NCBI GenBank assembly: GCA_964016885.1
Contig: OZ024742.1
Location: 168,516,001 to 168,580,000 of the forward strand
Direction of reading: 5' to 3'
Source of the DNA: Eledone cirrhosa
Taxonomy: Eukaryota
Length of the DNA: 64,000 nt
Part shown: positions 58,926 to 64,000 of the stretch, one piece after another
Layout of the letters: each line of letters starts with the position of its first letter
Numbering within the stretch: the first letter of the stretch is position 1
Notes under the pieces: generated by a model
Told to the model about the DNA's origin: nothing
Seen by the model: the letters and a program-made list of their open reading frames with translations, nothing else
The model's database searches: none
Translations under genes and position numbers: made by a program

Positions 58926-61900
58926 AATCATTAAAATCCCATTAAAAATACATTAAAGGCCCATTAAAAACGCCATAAAAAATCCATTAAAAAAAATCCA
59001 TTAAAAAAAAATTCAATCAAAAACCCATAAAAGAAACATTAAAACAGCATTTAAAAAACCCATTAAAAATTCATTAAAAAAATCCATTTAAAAAATCCAT
59101 TAAAAATCCATTAAAAATCCATTAAAAATCCATTAAAAATCCATTAAAAATCCATTAAAAATAATCCATTAAAAAAAAATTCAATCAAAAACCCATAAAA
59201 GAAACATTAAAACATCATTTAAAAAATCCATTAAAAAAATCCATTTAAAAAAATCCATTAAAAAAGCCATTAAAAATCCATTAAAAATCCATTAAAAAAA
59301 TCCATTAAAAAAAAATCCATTAAAAAAAATCCATTAAAAATCCATTAAAAAAATCCATTTAAAAAAATCCATTAAAAATCCATTAAAAACCCATTAAAAA
59401 TCCATTAAAAATCCATTAAAAATCCATTAAAAAATCCATTTAAAAAACCCATTAAAAAAATCCATTAAAAAATCCATTTAAAAATCCAGTAAAAAAAATC
59501 CATTTAAAAAAACCCATTAAAAAAAATCCATTAAAAAAATCCATTTAAAAAATCCATAAAAAAAAATCCATAAAAAAAATCCATTAAAAAAAATCCATTA
59601 AAAAAAAAATCCGTTAAAAAAAATCCATTAAAAATCCATTAAAAATCCATTAAAAATCCATTAAAAATCCATTAAAAATCCATTTAAAAAAATCCATTAA
59701 AAAAATCCATTAAAAAAATCCATTTAAAAAATCCATTAAAAAAAATCCATTAAAAAAAAATCCATTAAAAAAAATCCATTAAAAAAAATCAATTTAAAAA
59801 AATCCATTAAAAATCCATTAAAAAAATCCATTTAAAAAAATCCATTAAAAACCCATTAAAAATCCATTAAAAATCCATTAAAAATCCATTAAAAAATCCA
59901 TTTAAAAAACCCATTAAAAAAATCCATTAAAAAATCCATTTAAAAATCCAGTAAAAAAAATCCATTTAAAAAAACCCATTAAAAAAAATCCATTAAAAAA
60001 ATCCATTTAAAAAATCCATAAAAAAAAATCCATAAAAAAAAATCCATTAAAAAAAATCCATTAAAAAAAAATCCGTTAAAAAAAATCCATTAAAAAAAAA
60101 TCCGTTCAAAAAATCCATTAAAAGCTCAATCCCATTAAAAACGCCATAAAAATCATTAAAATCCAATTAAAGATACATTAAAGGCCCATTAAAAACGCCA
60201 TAAAAAATCCATTAAAAAAATCCATTAAAAAAACTCAATCAAAAACCCATAAAAGAAACATTAAAACAGCATTTAAAAAATCCATTAAAAATCCATTAAA
60301 AAAATCCATTTAATAAAATCCATTAAAAAATCCATTAAAAATCCATTAAAAATCCATTAAAAATCCATTAAAAATCCATTAAAAATCCATTAAAAAACCC
60401 ATTTAAAAAAATCCATTAAAAAAATCCATTAAAAAAATCCATTAAAAAAAGCCATTAAAAAAATCCATTTAAAAAAAGCCATTAAAAAAATCCATTTAAA
60501 AAAAATCCATTAAAAATCCATTAAAAAAATCCATTTAAAAAAATCCATTAAAAACCCATTAAAAATCCATTAAAAAATCCATTAGAAAACCCATTAAAAA
60601 AAATCCATTAGAAAAATCCATTTAAAAAATCCATTAAAAAAAAATCCATTTAAAAAACCCATTAAAAAAAATCCATTAAAAAAATCCATTTAAAAAATCC
60701 ATTTAAAAAATCCATTAAAAAAATCCATTTAAAAAATCCATAAAAAAAAACCATTAAAAAAAATCCATTAAAAAAAAATCCATTAAAAAAAATCCATTAA
60801 AAAAAATCCATTAAAAATCCATTAAAAAAAATCCATTTAAAAAAAATTCATTAAAAAATCCATTAAAAATCCATTAAAAATCCATTTAAAAAAATCCATT
60901 TAAAAAATCCATTTATTAAACCCATTACAAAAAATACATTAAAAAAAATCCATAAAAAAAAAGCCATTAAAAAAAATCCATTAAAAAAAATCTATTAAAA
61001 ATCCATTAAAAATCCATTAAAAATCCATTAAAAATCCATTAAAAATCCATTTAAAAAACCCATTAAAAAAAATCCATTAAAAAAAATCCATTTAAAAAAT
61101 CCATTTAAAAAAATCCATTAAAAAAACCCATTAAAAAAATCCATTAAAAAAATCCATTTAAAAAATCCATTAAAAAAAATTCATTAAAAAAAAATCCATA
61201 AAAAAATCCATTAAAAAAATCCATTTAAAAAAATCCATTTAAAAAAATCCATTAAAAATCCATTAAAAAAATCCATTAAAAAAAATCCATTAAAAAATCC
61301 ATTAAAAAACCCATTAAAAATCCATTAAAAATCCATTAAAAATCCATTAAAAATCCATTTAAAAAACCCATTAAAAAAATCCATTTAAAAAACCCATTAA
61401 AAAAAGCCATTAAAAAATCCATTTAAAAAATCCATTAAAAAAAATCCATTTAAAACAACCCATTAAAAAAATCCATTAAAAAAAACCCATTAAAAAAAAT
61501 CCATTTAAAAAATCCATTAAAAAAAATCCATTAAAAAAAATCCATAAAAAAATCCATTAAAAAAATCCATTAAAAATCCATTAAAAAAAATCCATTTAAA
61601 AAAGCCATTAAAAAATCCATTAAAAATCCATTAAAAATCCATTTAAAAAACCCATTAAAAAAAATCCATTAAAAAAATCCATTTAAAAAATCCATAAAAA
61701 AAAATCCATAAAAAAAATCCATTAAAAAAAATCCATTAAAAAAAAATTCAATCAAAAACCCATAAAAGAAACATTAAAACAGCATTTAAAAAACCCATTA
61801 AAAATTCATTAAAAAAATCCATTTAAAAAATCCATTAAAAATCCATTAAAAATCCATTAAAAATCCATTAAAAATCCATTAAAAATCCATTAAAAATAAT

Positions 61901-64000
61901 CCATTAAAAAAAAATTCAATCAAAAACCCATAAAAGAAACATTAAAACAGCATTTAAAAAATCCATTAAAAAAATCCATTTAAAAAAATCCATTAAAAAA
62001 GCCATTAAAAATCCATTAAAAATCCATTAAAAAAATCCATTAAAAAAAAATCCATTAAAAAAAATCCATTAAAAATCCATTAAAAAAATCCATTTAAAAA
62101 AATCCATTAAAAATCCATTAAAAACCCATTAAAAATCCATTAAAAATCCATTAAAAATCCATTAAAAAATCCATTTAAAAAACCCATTAAAAAAATCCAT
62201 TAAAAAATCCATTTAAAAATCCAGTAAAAAAAATCCATTTTAAAAAACCCATTAAAAAAAATCCATTAAAAAAATCCATTTAAAAAATCCATAAAAAAAA
62301 ATCCATAAAAAAAATCCATTAAAAAAATCCATTAAAAAAAAAATCCGTTAAAAAAAATCCATTAAAAATCCATTAAAAATCCATTAAAAATCCATTAAAA
62401 ATCCATTAAAAATCCATTTAAAAAAATCCATTAAAAAAATCCATTAAAAAAATCCATTTAAAAAATCCATTAAAAAAAATCCATTAAAAAAAAATCCATT
62501 AAAAAAAATCCATTAAAAAAAATCAATTTAAAAAAATCCATTAAAAATCCATTAAAAAAATCCATTTAAAAAAATCCATTAAAAACCCATTAAAAATCCA
62601 TTAAAAATCCATTAAAAAATCCATTTAAAAAAACCATTAAAAAAAATCCATTAAAAAAATCCATTTAAAAAATCCATTAAAAAAAAATCCATTAAAAAAA
62701 ACCCATTAAAAAAAATCCATTAAAAAAATCCATTTAAAAAATCCATTAAAAAAAATCCATTAAAAAAAACTCAATCAAAAACCCATAAAAGAAACATTAA
62801 AACAGCATTTAAAAAATCCATTAAAAATCCATTAAAAAAATCCATTTAAAAAATCCATTAAAAAATCCATTAAAAATCCATTAAAAATCCATTAAAAAAT
62901 CCATTTAAAAAAATCCATTAAAAAAATCCATTTAAAAAATCCATTAAAAAATCCATTTAAAAAATCCATTAAAAAAAATCCATTAAAAAAAACCATTAAA
63001 AAATCCATTAAAAAAAATCCCATTAAAAATACATTAAAGGCCCATTAAAAACGCCATAAAAAATCCATTAAAAAAATCCATTAAAAAAAAACTCAATCAA
63101 AAACACATAAAAGAAACATTAAAACAGCATTTAAAAAATCCATTAAAAATCCATTAAAAAAAAATCCATTAAAAAAATCCATTAAAAATCCATTAAAAAA
63201 ATCCATTTAAAAAAATCCATTAAAAAATCCATTAAAAACCCATTAAAAATCCATTAAAAATCCATTAAAAATCCATTAAAAAATCCATTTAAAAAACCCA
63301 TTAAAAAAATCCATTAAAAAATCCATTTAAAAATCCATTAAAAAAAATCCATTTAAAAAAACCCATTAAAAAAAATCCATTAAAAAAATCCATTTAAAAA
63401 ATCCATAAAAAAAAATCCATAAAAAAAATCCATTAAAAAAAATCCATTAAAAAAAAAATCCGTTAAAAAAAATCCATTAAAAATCCATTAAAAATCCATT
63501 AAAAATCCATTAAAAATCCATTAAAAATCCATTAAAAATCCATTTAAAAAAATCCATTAAAAAAATCCATTAAAAAAATCCATTTAAAAAATCCATTAAA
63601 AAAAATCCATTAAAAAAAAATCCATTAAAAAAAATCCATTAAAAAAAATCAATTTAAAAAAATCCATTAAAAATCCATTAAAAAAATCCATTTAAAAAAA
63701 TCCATTAAAAACCCATTAAAAATCCATTAAAAATCCATTAAAAAATCCATTTAAAAAAACCATTAAAAAAAATCCATTAAAAAAATCCATTTAAAAAATC
63801 CATTAAAAAAAAATCCATTAAAAAAATCCATTTAAAAAATCCATTAAAAAAAATCCATTAAAAAAAACTCAATCAAAAACCCATAAAAGAAACATTAAAA
63901 CAGCATTTAAAAAATCCATTAAAAATCCATTAAAAGAATCCATTTAAAAAATCCATTAAAAAATCCATTAAAAATCCATTAAAAATCCATTAAAAAATCC

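Larger units (their letters stand above)
1..64000 (+). repeat. Tandem satellite array, monomer TCCATT(A)4-10 (minus strand (T)nAATGGA), running off both window ends
   Basis: Every line consists of head-to-tail TCCATT/TCCATTT/CCCATT units separated by A-runs of variable length. Pure 11-mer runs (TCCATTAAAAA)n occur, e.g. ~3409-3475 and ~22339-22426. A typical 12-bp unit is 7A/3T/2C/0G. Confidence 0.99.

Noticed and set aside
20-63910. Landmark blocks as CRISPR repeats with spacers
   Set aside because: The intervening DNA is satellite monomer of very variable length (about 100 to 2000 bp), not unique 25-45 bp spacers. There are no cas genes or leader.
1-64000. Protein-coding ORFs (Lys/Ile/Ser/Pro/Asn-rich on +, Phe/Leu/Met/Asp-rich on -)
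   Set aside because: TAA occurs in almost every monomer on both strands, and variable A-runs shift the frame continually. No long or complex ORF is supportable.
1-64000. Telomerase-made telomeric repeat (C/A-rich versus G/T-rich strand asymmetry)
   Set aside because: The monomer matches no canonical telomere motif I recognise. Multi-kb duplicated variant patterns indicate recombinational amplification rather than de novo templated addition. A subtelomeric location is not excluded.
1-64000. Human satellite II/III (CATTC)n homology through the shared TCCATT hexamer
   Set aside because: Only a 6-bp word is shared, and there is no pentameric periodicity.
1-64000. Whole window as a sequencing or low-complexity artefact
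   Set aside because: Rare variants and A-run lengths recur in consistent order at fixed multi-kb offsets, which random error would not produce. Individual ±1 A differences and some junctions may still be errors.

Overview
The whole 64 kb window is one uninterrupted, very AT-rich, strand-asymmetric tandem satellite array, most likely eukaryotic heterochromatin (inference). It contains no supportable genes, RNA genes, transposons or CRISPR arrays. The basic monomer is TCCATT(A)n, with n mostly 5-9 (range about 4-10), giving 11-15 bp units; common variants are TCCATTT, TCCAT, CCCATT, GCCATT and TCCGTT. G is nearly absent from the + strand. The array is organised at several levels: (1) the monomer; (2) a recurrent ~45-bp block of four diverged monomers (YTCAATCAAAAACCCATAAAAGAAACATTAAAACAGCATTT, roughly 100 copies by eye); (3) a 57-bp inverted island in 18 copies and two linked haplotypes, flanked by nested 12-bp and 24-bp direct repeats, with matching empty alleles elsewhere; (4) 16 marker-ordered kb-scale blocks in two subtypes that alternate strictly from ~16 to ~56 kb, giving a ~7-8 kb higher-order period; (5) a recent ~23.1/21.75 kb tandem macro-duplication spanning ~12-58.8 kb, plus traces of older 11.8 kb and 52.8 kb offsets. 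Counts and coordinates were read by eye and may be off by a few bases. The species and satellite family cannot be identified from the sequence alone.
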